A DNA stretch of 64,000 nucleotides from Antedon mediterranea (lineage: Eukaryota > Animalia > Echinodermata): NCBI RefSeq assembly GCF_964355755.1, contig NC_092670.1:29934388-29998387 (forward strand). Reading direction: 5' to 3'. How positions within the stretch are numbered: the stretch's first letter is position 1; each line of letters begins with the position of its first letter. Position numbers and translations under genes: made by a program. The notes under the pieces were generated by a model, which searched no databases, had not been told where the DNA came from, and saw only the letters and a program-made list of their open reading frames with translations. Positions 13,461-26,390 of this stretch are shown piece by piece.

Positions 13461-15100
13461 TTCCTCCTCTGAGTTTATAGCCTCTCTACTCGAACACAAA
13501 TAAGAACACAAATAAGATAGTTTAACAAGAAAATTCTAATCATGTATTTTACCGCCATTTTTCATTTCTACATTTTAATTAACATCGTATCTAAAATTTT
13601 AAATGAGAAAATATATGGTTAATACTGAATTCTGGCATCTTATTATGTAAATATACCTGTATTTTAACTACTTTAAACACTTACTTTTAATTGTCACAAA
13701 TGTACTTATATGTATATAATATATTCATCAATGAGAATTTAAATAAACGTGAGAAGAACTCACACAAGACAAACAAATAAAATATACATAGGGAGTCTAT
13801 TTATCTGTATGTTTTAGAACCAATTGCTTAGACCTTCAATGGTCTTTAATTACAAAAGGCTTATAGTGTTATTTAGTGACTTAGCCTATGATGGTCCGAC
13901 ACATTTCATAGCCGGAAATCTTGATTTCCTCCTGGTCTATTTGGGTAACATATTAAGTTCAAATATCAGCTAAATTTATTATTAATATTTTTTTAACTAC
14001 TACTTGGGTGGGTGAGGGCATGTGGCGCAGTGTGTTGGACAATGTGTTGGACTACTGATCGTGTGTTTTATTAAAAAGAAATTACTGGGATAATAATGTT
14101 CACCGCTTAGAGGTTTCACAACATTAGGGGCTATATAAATCCAGGATATTATTATTAGGCCTACTTAATGACCTAAAAAGAAATTCAATGTTTTCGTAAA
14201 ACTAAAAATTATTACTTATTATAATTATTAAAAAAAAATATTGAGAACAAACTCACTGCTCGTTTTATCTCTGTACTAAACCATACTATTCTCAAATTAA
14301 AAATGACAAATACAGCCAAACTGATGATGATTTGTTTGTTTGTTTTTTTAGATTTGTATCGCATAATCATATACATGTCATTGAACCTTTCACTTTTGTA
14401 AACTGCACCGAACTGTCAGAGCAGTAGGTTTTCTTAAAAATACAATAACTCATTGACTAATTGATTTAGTAGATCAACATAACTTAATTTGATGAGATAA
14501 ATGTTTAAGATAATATGTTCCCTGATCACTATACATGTTAGAAAGTGCATGCAAAAAATGAGACCACAAATTAAACTTAGCCCCCTCCTATGTCCTAGTC
14601 AGGTTTAAAATTACTATGACTGAATGTAATACTCAACATATATTTCTATCACTTTTTGATTTTCAGGGATATTAGATTTAATAAAGAACACCAAGAGCTT
14701 ATTGAAAATACATTTGCATTTAAATCAAGTTTTTCCGTTAAATTGTAAGTAAAAAGAATAATATGGCATCTCGTTTTTTTGTTAGGTTGTGAGTAACTCT
14801 AAAATATAAGGGTATTATAATGATATAGACCACACATACTTATCTAACAATATCTACATTTTATTCCTTGGAAATTTAAAATATACGGTAATGCCATTGA
14901 TTTAGAATATTTTACATATATAATACATTTTGCAAAACATAATTCTGCATCATTACGCAAATGAAAACAATGATATCTATTTTTATGACCTAATTTATAC
15001 TCATCTTTGAATAGGATTATTGGATATAACGTCCAAGTAATATCAACTGAAACATTTAAAAATGTATCAGATGGAAGCTACCTGTGAGTAAATATTTATG

Positions 15101-15285
15101 CTAGATTGTAGTCGGTAGGTGTGTATGTGTGTTAGATTGTAGTGGATTGGTGTGTATGTGTCGTGCTATAGATTGTATTGGGTTGGTGTGTATGTGTGTA
15201 GTGTTAGATTTTAGTGTGTGGGTTGGTGTGTATGTTTGTCGTGTTAGATTGTAGTGGGTTGGTATGTATGTGTGTCGTGTCGCTA
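15101..15285. repeat. GT-rich minisatellite (~33-bp unit)
   Basis: About 5 degenerate copies of TAGATTGTAGTGGGTTGGTGTGTATGTGTGTCGTG. Confidence 0.8.
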
Positions 15286-17599
15286 TATTAATTAAATTAA
15301 TATTACAGTGAAATCATTGCGTTTGGAATTTTAGATATTTTTTGGAGATATTCATAAACTTCATGTTTAATGTCGTTTTATGATCTAATATTGTATTTAA
15401 TAACAAGTTAAGAAGCATACCATCAAGGGCTTTCCAAGGCGGAAACATAGAAGAGATGTAAGTTTTGTATATATTATCTTTTTCTGTTTTCAATAACGGA
15501 AAATTGCATAACATTTGAATGGATTGAATTAAAAGTGTTACCATCAAATAGCCAAAAATAATTAGTAGAACTTTTATTACTTTTGTACAGTATGTATTTT
15601 GTTTCTGTTTCATTTATTATTTTTGCACGAACGATCACAGATCACTTTGACGTTAACATACTAAGATATATATAAATATAAATTCACCACCAAATTGCCT
15701 ACCAGCAAGGATGCTCTAAAATCTTCCCAGACACTATATATTTGCATTTCGATTTACACTATAAGTATGACTGAATGTCACGATTAATATGTATCATATT
15801 TACTCATCAAGTCAATCGAGTCTAATCTAAGTTGTTAAGCACCTTATATTTAAGACTAGTTTTCATACATTAAAAAAATGGCATTGGCCATTTTGATCAA
15901 CAGCCTATTGCCAGTTCATCAATTATTTGCCGATGCTTTTTTCACTGTATGGGGCGCTTCCAATATACTGCATATATCATAATTATATATCTCAACAATT
16001 CGCTTACACCAGACACTCAATTATACATTTTGCTCTAAAGACAAGTTTCATCAAATGACTTATTGTCCAGAAGTACCATTTTAAACCTTTTAACCGTGAC
16101 CTTTCCCGCCATTTTCCGACAAACGTTTTCATTAGAGAAAACATAAACAGCCTAGAAATTGTAGTGCTACCATGTTGTTTGTTTCAAATGACGTCCCACC
16201 ATTTGATGGGTTAATTAGAAAATGTGTTTTCAGTTTCAAAAATCACGTGAACGCAAGTAGTAATTCTTTGATCATAGCCATTAATCGCCACGTTCTTAAT
16301 GTGTCAGCAATGCATATCCAGTAGAATGCCTTGTTGCATTGACTTCATATTTATATATTTTGTCTGTTATTCTGTACAATCTCAATTCTTTTTTTATCTG
16401 TACATTGAGTTCTTAGATTAAGCTTTTTTTGCTATGGCTATATCGTGGTATCCATGGATTCCGAAATAAAAAGATGAATGCACGAATACCCATCAAAAGC
16501 AAAAAAAAATATTTGCAGGTTAACGACAACGATATCAAGATGAAACTATACTTTTTGTCAAAGCATATGATATCATTGAGTTGTGTAGTAAACCAACGAA
16601 TCAAAATCCATCTGATTGATGAATATAATTATTTCTTTCAGTAATCTTTCAGATAACGATATAACCTTTATACACAAGGACGCATTTATTGCATTGGATA
16701 GTATTTTAGTTCTGTGAGTATCTATCTCTTTTTAAATAACTTTAATTTTTTTGCTTAATATACTTGTTTAAACTAAATATATAATACATTGATAATATAC
16801 TATTTTGTTATTGTTTAGTTAAAAATGGACTCATACTGGTGGTTATGTACCTACTAATTAGGCAACCCAACCTTTACCTACTCCTACACCTTCCACATTG
16901 TAGAGATGTACACATAAATATTAAACTGTTAAACATATTGGAAATACTGTGTTGACATACCACAATAGCATTGTTTATAAACTGCATGCAGGTTCATTTG
17001 CTCAAACTATGTTAATCAGTTTATCTTACGTATCATACAATTATAATTTTTGAAGATTGCTTGGTTATAACAGACTGACTGAAATACCAATCTTATATGG
17101 TATCATGAGATACGATGGTACATTGTGAGTTTAATGTTGTTTTATTAATAGCCTTTATTGTAGAATTGATTTAATAGAAGTACGTGTCATCAAAACAAAA
17201 CATCTAATCATACATATACAGTAATCAAATTCTTGTGTTAGAGTCCTAATATCAGGATAGGCTACATTCACCCGATTCTGTAGCTGTTAGTACACTCAAC
17301 GTGGACAGAATCGGGTGCTACATTTTGTGTTATTTTCTAATAATTATTGTTTAATTGCTAGCTCATGGAAAAAGGTGCAGTTATTCTTATTCCCAAATCT
17401 AAAGAATGTAAATTTATACACAATGACCTCGGACCTATCTCTCTTACTAGCTTGAGTATTCGAATAATTTGTAGTTAAATGGGTGGTTGAATATATTACA
17501 GGTAAGTTAATTTTTCCCGACAATTTAAAGTAGAAACAAATTTTCAACCTCTCATTACCCTATAAACATGATTGACACGGTCCTTTACTTGAATGTGGA

Positions 17600-18230
17600 G
17601 GAACATAATGTTAACCTTTGCGGAATTGATTTTACAAAAGCTTTCGACCTTATCAATAACTCGATTCTTATTAAATAATAATAATTAAACATCGGGGTGA
17701 GGTCCAATCATCTACAATTTCCTCACTGATCGTACCATAATACCATATATAGCCAGTGCTTGTTGTTCTTTATGTGTGGTGCAACAAAAATAATTTGATT
17801 TCAAGCTTTCTAAATTCCACGTGATGTCCCTTAATTTCCTCAAACCTGCCTTTTTTTTACTAAATGGAACAGAACTTGATATGGTGAACCACATGAAACT
17901 TCTCGGCGGTGGCACCATATCCACCTAATTTGAAATGGGATCTCAAAACTGATGAGATAATCTTTCAGTCATCCGGAAGATTGTTTACCTTGTAAAAGTC
18001 AATAATGACCTTATTACTGTTTATGTCTCTTATATTAGGCCATCTTAGAATAAGCTTGTCATATGGTATGGTGCTATTACAAAGAAAATTGCCAGTATGT
18101 TCAATAATATTAAGAGTTGCATACATTATTTATGACAATGCCCTAATTTCCACCGGGTAACCCTCACTCGTGGCAAGAAGAGACTCTCTTGTTTTGTCAT
18201 TTGGTAAAGAGTTTAATAAAAGTTGGGAAA
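17600..18230 (+). mobile_element. Highly degenerate CR1/L2-like non-LTR retrotransposon RT remnant
   Basis: IDFTKAFDLIN at about 17626 (DFxKAFD RT motif) and a YIRP.LE-like motif near 18030. Many stops and frameshifts. Confidence 0.55.
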
Positions 18231-21200
18231 CTTTCTATATATATATATATATAACACCACATGCATAGAACACATGCTATTTATACTGAAAATGTATTAA
18301 TTAATTTAAAACGATAAAATGAGGAAATCTGTGAGAATGAGAAAAGGTCGCCCCAACCGAGATATATATAATATATACATTTAAAAATGTACTGTAATTC
18401 ATTTTCACCTGGATTCATTTAAAACATTTAATATAGGCCTAATAATTTAAAAAGAAATGTAAAAATTAATTGTATATACTGTTTCATTTCATGTATTTTT
18501 GTATGAATGTTAACTTTCTTTTAAACTTGCAAAATTCTATGTGTTTTGAAGTATTTGCTAACATAGGTTTTCAGCCATTAATAAGTGCTGCCTTGTGTAT
18601 GTTTTTTAAATAAATATACTGAAATAAATAAATAAATTTACTTTAGATCCACATGTATATACATCAATCATGCCGAATTGGCACTGACGTAAAGAAAACA
18701 GATAACAACAATAACCCTCACACCATATCAATTTTAAATTAGAAATGATTACTTATTTGAATAACATTTTTTTTCATCAGAACAAAAATGATAATAGCAG
18801 TATTATTTTCTAACCAACATATTGATGAGTAACTGGTTACTATACTATTTAAAATAGTAAATATTATATTATGTTAATTATGTTTTAGAGATTTAAGCTG
18901 GAACAATCTGTCATCTTTAGAAGGCCATCAATTACCATCAGTTACAAATTTACTCATCAACAAAAATCAAATTCAACGCATCTCAAAAACCGCCTTTGCC
19001 AATATGACATCTCTTAAATCTTTGTAAGTACCCAACAAAAATAAATCCAGGGATAACAATGTTTGTTTCAACTATCTATATTCTACTCTTGTTTTAGACT
19101 GTATGTTGCATGTGTTCAAATTGAATGCTCCAAAGTTGAGTTTTCATCAAACCATATCTTTTATATTAATCTATATATATTAGAATGTTCTTTGCCGGTC
19201 TCCATTGAGATCCAGCCACTGATACCCACAGCCTTGTCATTTTTCAGTAATTTACCTTTGGATTTATATATACTTATATATATATATAAAAGTAAAATGT
19301 ACTTATTTAGTGGCTATAAAAACAACTTTCAACTTTGTTTCCAACTTTATAGGTTTTACATCGTATGAGAGGGTTTTTTCAAAATGGCCGCCTATATCAT
19401 ATCTTAACCGCTTACTCCAGAAACTCAATGATCTCAAATCGTTTATAATACATATTTATTAATGACACGTTTCATCAAATGATTACAAGAAATACCATTT
19501 CACATTTAATTATGTGGCTATGATGATGTAACAAAAATTGTTCTGCCATTGTACATTTGTATGATGTCATGAGATTTACGAGATCTAATATTATGGAAGT
19601 AGACCAAATAAAGACATAGAGATATATTTTTTTAGATTTCTTGTACGCAACTACATAACATTTATCGAAGAAGGGGCGTTCAGTCAAACTAACCTTTTCT
19701 ATTTGCAAGTTATTTTATATTTTCTTTATTATGTTTTGTAACCCTGTACAACTGTACTCTTGCGTATACTCAATAATCATGATGATTATTTTTAATTTAA
19801 CATATTAGAGATGTTTCACAACCTAAATATATCTATTTTTCTAAGTTAGTAATTTAAAAATCTTTTTTGCATGGCAACGAATGTTGAGGGCTCCCCTTCC
19901 TGCAATGTGTAACTCCGTGGGATGTGTCAGAAAAAAGATAAATTTTCATGAATTCCAAGATTGTTCGTTTAAATAACATAATTCAATGTATTGTTCCATC
20001 CTTGCATGCGTCAGTCAATCAAAGAGCGTTTTAATTCTTAATAACCAATCACAGTCAAGGATTCACAAACTCGTGGTAGAAATTTTAGCAACCAAACACT
20101 TTAATAAAACCAATTTCAATTAATTGGATTTAAAGATATTCCTAAAGTTGTTACAATGGTAGCTGATTTATTACCCAAATGACGTGATTCAGTTTAGCGG
20201 TTTGTTTACAAAAGCGCAGTAAAGAATGTCGATTTAATTAATTGCAAAATACACCTACGACGCTGCGCCGTTATCCTAGACATTATTATTGTCGCTAGAA
20301 TTCAAACGTTTAATTCATTTTTCATGATTTTAACTTTGTAGATTCATTTATGGTAATGGAATTACAAAGATCAACAATCAATCATTAACAACCAAAAACA
20401 CGACACTGGAATACACGTGAGAATTATTTTAATTGCATTAAGAGTCTAAAAGCTAAAATATAGTAATTGATAATAAGTGTATGTAGTTTAATACTTATTA
20501 TTGTTTGAGCAATTCTTTTAAACAACAGCTTGCAAAGATAGGCTATCTTGAGGTATTGAGTATTTTGTTGCCTTGGTTTTACTTTGTAATAAAAAAAAAA
20601 AATAATAAATAAATATTCGTTTATTCAGATTTTGTTGTAAATACATAGCTAATGTTTTACCACCATTTCTAATTTTTCTTCAGATATTTATTTGACAATC
20701 CGTTAGAAGATATCGGTGAAAATGCTTTATCACATATGGCAGAAAAGGGAACCATGTATGCCTGTCAAAATACTAATTATATTTTGCTACTCAGAGACTG
20801 CGGCAATTAACAAACTCATAGAATAATAAATAAAGACGCATACAACATAGGTTCTTGCTTAAATAGTTTAATTAGTAAATGAACATTTACCCATGTAAAA
20901 CTGCACATAAAAGTCATAAGCAAATATAACAGAGAGGATGCTTGATCAAAGAGGTCGAAAACCCGCCCTCTCCGTTCTCAAAATAGAATTGTGTTCCCAA
21001 CCCAATTCTTGATTATCGTATTATAATCAAAGTCTTTACGATCACAATGATATTAGAACAGTATATAATATTGTCATTTCATATACTAGACTTACCATGA
21101 ACCCTATATATCATCGTATTTGTTGTTAGTGTATGTTGATATCATTCGTTTTTATCTCTATAATCAACTTTAATTTGTTTTCTAGATATCTTAGCTGTGG

Positions 21201-24200
21201 TGATCTTCGATCGTTTCCTTCAAACATTAAACAAAATATTAACATGTAAATACTGATTTATAATTGTACATAAATCAACACATTGCTTTTATTTCCATTT
21301 ATTGTTTTCATAATTACGTTTAACAATGGATAACATTATTATTTGTGTGACATTGGCGAGATTTATGTTCATTTTACAAATACAAGTTTCTGTTATGGAA
21401 CAGACGCCTGTATTTCACTGATATACGTTATTTCAATACTCATAGAGGACTTGTAACACATTTATTATTTTAATGTCATTATACAATTTTCAAATAACAC
21501 TTTTTTCAGTATTTGTGTTAAAGAAGGTACAATAATTGATATGCAGCTTGACAAAGTATCGTTTAAATATGTTGCCACCGAAATTGGTTTGGCATGTAAT
21601 GCCTCAACGGGCCAAAATGTGAAAAATGCCCACCAGGTAACACCTACTTTTTTACTTTTGTGGGATCTTCCCACATTTATTCTATCGTAAAAAAAATCAT
21701 ACCGGATCATAGACATTGTAGTCATTCCAGAAAACCCACCCCCCCCCCCTCCCTCCGCACGCAACCCAACATTTAGGTCTTGCTAAATACACACTAAATG
21801 CCGAGAGTGTAAACATTTTAATTTTACCACCACGTTAAGTGTATATACAAAAAAGGCTGATCTTGTTGCATTGACTTGTTTATAGGTGGCTTCTATCAAG
21901 ATCTACGAGGAGTTATTGAAATGGGTGGTTTTAGAGAATCCTGTTAGCAATGTCCGATTGGAAGTTTCTTGAATCATGCACGAGCGACATATATTGCCGA
22001 TTGCAAGACGTGTCCATCTGGGACTAAAACCAATACATATGCCAATCTAACTGCTTGTTATTACCTTGACAATTTCCATCGTTCCACGTAATCTTTATTG
22101 TATTACATTTGTTCCTTGAACCAATGAAGAAGAAATCCGAGCAGAGATTTCAACAGTTGACATTAACCTTTATAGTTGTTAATGTATCGATTGGGGCGAT
22201 TGTAAACTTGGACCAGACTGGCAATGGAGATAATGTCATCGAATTACTTCACAAGATTACTCCTATCATTCTACTCATGCTGAACGTTTCCATCATGCTT
22301 GTCGTAGTCGGTAATATATTGTATCATACTTAAATTATGTAAGTAAGCAGAGAGAATGATGCACTGTTGAGTTTATTAATCTTGAATAATTTGTAACTTG
22401 ACTACCACAAGTTACGATGTTGGTTTTTATGACTTTACACGTAGTCTGACAAATAACAAATTACATGAAAGACTATGAAGTGTAAAACCGTTGTCTGCAA
22501 AAAAAAAAAACAACATTTCATCTGCAGAGAGCGGAAGCCGTAAACGTAGTCTTGTTTTACGAGTAAAAGCATGTGTGTGAAGGGCTCACTTGAAACAATG
22601 AAAAGTAATTTGGCCAACTGCAAATTGTCGTTGTCGCTTACGTAAATTTGACTGGATTTTATATTATTCAGCTATCAGAATTACACATACATATCAATGC
22701 AATACTGATATTATTTTATTTGTCCATAGTAATATAAATACATTTGAAACTGGCATGAAATATAAAAAAAAAGATATACTACACAAATTCAGAAGATTAG
22801 CAACAAAACAAAATAATATACATTAAAAGCTAGGTTATGTATAATACATACAGATTAAAAGATTTTATCATAAAATCATTAAAACTATTAAAAATACAAT
22901 ATTAAAAAGTAAGAATTGCACAATTTTACGTTAACACTACAGTTTCCTATCTTTTTTGCCGTGAGTTATCAAATGTATGACGTTGGCTATAAAGGCGTAA
23001 CGGGATCGGTTTGTTCTTGTCTTAGGGATGTAATGCCAAATGAAGTGACATTGCCAAATGAGGTTCGCGTGGTCTGTATCGCACAAGGCTAGGTCACTTA
23101 ATTTGGCAGCACGTTTCTGGCGAGCTAATCGTTAAATATTGATATTATTATTTCCAAATAAACACAAACTGAAAATTATTACCTGAGTATTTCTAACCTA
23201 ATAATCTTTGCTCATTGTATGAAATTAAACCATTATAACTGCAACATACGACGAAAATTTACGATTTTAGTGTAAAAAAACGAAGGCACTGTCATCTTTA
23301 AATATAGAAAACACGACATGCATGATGGGAAGCCTACCGACCCCTTTCTAAACAGCTGGAAAAGCAGACTCGTTTTAGCGCCAAAGGGAAGTGTCTGAAG
23401 TCACGTCTGCATGTATGCGGACATGGTCTGGGACAATTTGCCTTTGGCGCTAAAACGTTGAGTGTTTGAGTTATGGGACGCCATTTCTGCATTTTTTCCT
23501 AGTAATATTTTGATTTTAAGTTCCTTTCGTCGGTACATTATTCACGTTATTATTTTGTTCGTTTTTATGAATTTCTATGTTTATGTTTTCAAATTAAAAT
23601 GATTTTTCGTTGAATATGAATGTATCCCGTTATTCTATTGATTATTATATATATTTTTTTGTTTAACATTGCTTACTATACATGCAGTTTTCTAACCTTT
23701 TAGTTTCATTTTAAATCATTTCCCGGTGTTTTTATGTATTATGTTATTTATGTTTTTTATTTATAAGTTCTTTAAGAATATGATTTACATGATCACGTTT
23801 TTGTCACTTATTATACCTAATATAACATTATATTTACTTTGATGTCTGAAACATTAAAACATAAATTCGCAATAATGGCGAACCTAAGTCGCAAATTGTT
23901 AGTTAGATATTCGTTATAATGTCATCATCTCATTTGTTACACGTGTGTGTGTGACTTATAATAAATAAATAAGGGATGGTAGGCCTAAAGGTAGTCGAGG
24001 GGAAATTCATCAAATTGTTTCATCAAAACAATAACTCATAAGGTTGGAAATATTTAGAACATAAATAGATAATGGAACCAAATTTTGCAATAAAGATGAG
24101 ATATTGCGTTGTTCTCTTTTGTTATCAATCTTTTTGTAACGTACCGTAATAGAAGGTAAATAAATATTGGTACCTAATTAATTCAGCATTTTCATCAAGT

Positions 24201-24287
24201 TTTAACAATCTTCGATGTCGGAAACATTCCCAATAATAGAGACTAATTTTGCAATATGTTAGATATTTTATTCAGCTGGTACTTTTT

Positions 24288-25258
24288 TTTTTTTTTATTT
24301 TTTTATTTCATCATATAATACATTACAAAGGAAAAACATAATCAAATAAAAAATTAAAATTAAAAGCAACAAACAAAAACAACAAAGATATCCATCTAAC
24401 AAATTAAATAAAGGTTCATAAAAATTATTCTACTCTCTAACCATTTCATATTAGATTTATAAATTCTTCTAATTTTATCCATTTTCTATTAAAAATACTG
24501 TCCTCGAAATTCTGATGATAAATACATTTTTCTGTTTCATAAAACCTTTTTAACTCGTTCATTTTCATTTTGATAGTTGGCTTACATTTAACTAGTTTAC
24601 ATTTATAAATAAATGATTTTACAATTAGAATAATTGCATTAATGGCTTTTAAATTAAAAAACTGATGCGCATCTTGGTATCCGAAAATTATGCTCTCTTT
24701 ACTAAAAATAAATTGCACTCCAGTTTTTGCTGAAATTTTTTCCTGGAGGAGGTTCCATATCCTTTTTACTATTGGACAATTACAGAACAAGTGCTGAATG
24801 GTTTCAATTTTATCATCTCTAAATGAGCACATTGAAGTTTCTTTTATATTCACTTTAAATAATTGTTCATTTGTTGCAATTATTCTATTTACAATTTTAT
24901 ATTGAAAATATATTAAAACAATATTCATTGTACAAGTATGTGGAGCTAGGTAGACTGTTTTCCATTGTTCGCTATTGAATACAAATTTATTTTCTGCCCA
25001 TTTCTTTTGTGCTTTCCATGATTTAAACATTGAGTTATTTAAAACATCATAAAAAATACGACATCCCTTCCTTTGTTGAAAGAGTACTTTTATATGAAAT
25101 GGAATATCTGGCAAAACTGTTTTTTTAATTTCACATATCATTAAATTGTTAAATTTTTCCCTAAGAAGCCTTTTTTAATCCTATTAATTTTATATAATTT
25201 ATCTTAATACCATATGTATCTTCGACTTCTTCTAAATTGCCCATTGCTGTTAAACAAA
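24288..25258 (-). mobile_element. 5'-truncated L1/Tx1-like LINE (zf-RVT C-terminus and poly-A tail)
   Basis: ORF 24446-25141 has FQYKIVNRIIATN...CSF...ETIQHLFCNC...W (zf-RVT-like). Poly-T on the + strand at 24283-24308. Flanked by a 173-bp direct repeat. Confidence 0.85.
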
Positions 25259-25439
25259 TCTTTTGTTATCAATCTTTTTGTAACGTACCGTAATAGAAGG
25301 TAAATAAATAATGGTACCTAATTAATTCAGCATTTTCATCAAGTTTTAACAATCTTCGATGTCGGAAACATTCCCAATAATAGAGACTAATTTTGCAATA
25401 TGTTAGATATTTTATTCAGCTGGTACTTTTTACCTTGAT

Positions 25440-26390
25440 GTCGGAAACATTTAAACATAAATTCGCAATAATGGATCATAAAATTGTGCAATGAAGTCGT
25501 GTCATCTTGTTCATATGATTTGGGAAAAAACTTTGGATGGGATATGGGGTGAGCGAAATTCTAAGAAAGCTAAATACATGATACTTATTTAGAAAAAGCA
25601 CGTGAATTCGCAAATAATTGAACCTAATTTTGCAATGAAGTCGTCATCTCATTTTGTTCATATCGATGTGAGAACAAGTTTGGATGGGAATGTGGTGAGC
25701 GAAATTCTAAGCAAGCTAAATACATGATACTAGTTATTTTAATGTTGGGAACACAACGTAAATTCGCAAATAATTGAACGTAATTTTTTCAAGAAAGTCG
25801 TCATCGCGTTTGTTCATATTACGATGTGGGAAAAAACTTTGGATGGGAATGGGGCGGTGAGCGAAATTCTAAGCAAGTATTACTTCGAAGTCGGGAACAA
25901 CCTTAAATTCGCAATAATGCAATGGAACCTAATTTTGCAATGAAGTCGTCATCTCATTTTGTTCATATCGATGTGAGAACAAGTTTGGATGGGAATGTGG
26001 TGAGCGAAATTCTAAGCAAGCTAAATACATGATACTAGTTATTTTAAGGTTGGGAACACAACGTAAATTCGCAAATAATTGAACGTAATTTTTTCAAGAA
26101 AGTCGTCATCGCGTTTGTTCATATTACGATGTGGGAAAAAACTTTGGATGGGAATGGGGCGGTGAGCGAAATTCTAAGCAAGTATTACTTCGAAGTCGGG
26201 AACAACCTTAAATTCGCAATAATGCAATGGAACCTAATTTTGCAATGAAGTCGGTCACCTTGTTTGTTCATACGATGTTGGAAACACGTTTGGAGGGGTG
26301 GACGAAATTCTATAGGAAGCTAAATACAGTTAGTTTTGACGTCGGGAATATTATAATTTATACTTAAATGGAACCTAATTTTGTAATGGA
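25440..26390. repeat. Satellite-like tandem array, ~150-bp monomer with a 305-bp higher-order dimer
   Basis: AACCTAATTTTGCAATGAAGTCG recurs at 25621, 25926 and 26231. TTTGGATGGGA...GTGAGCGAAATTCTAAG recurs about every 150 bp. Confidence 0.85.

Larger units (their letters stand above)
14352..22310 (+). pseudogene. Paralog B: decayed LRR-Cys-TM receptor gene
   Basis: LRR exons 14352-14423, 14667-14744, 15015-15083, 15389-15457 (acceptor reads AA), 16642-16713, 17056-17124, 18889-19023, 19636-19704 (GC donor), 20342-20416, 20684-20755, 21186-21245. Cys exon 21510-21636 is frameshift-deleted (127 vs 176 nt). Exon 21886-22310 has TAG at 21945 and lacks ~1.3 kb. Signal-peptide and terminal exons not found. 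Confidence 0.88.

Noticed and set aside
25440-26390. CRISPR-like repeat-spacer array
   Set aside because: Whole units are repeated without unique spacers, there are no cas genes and the context is eukaryotic.
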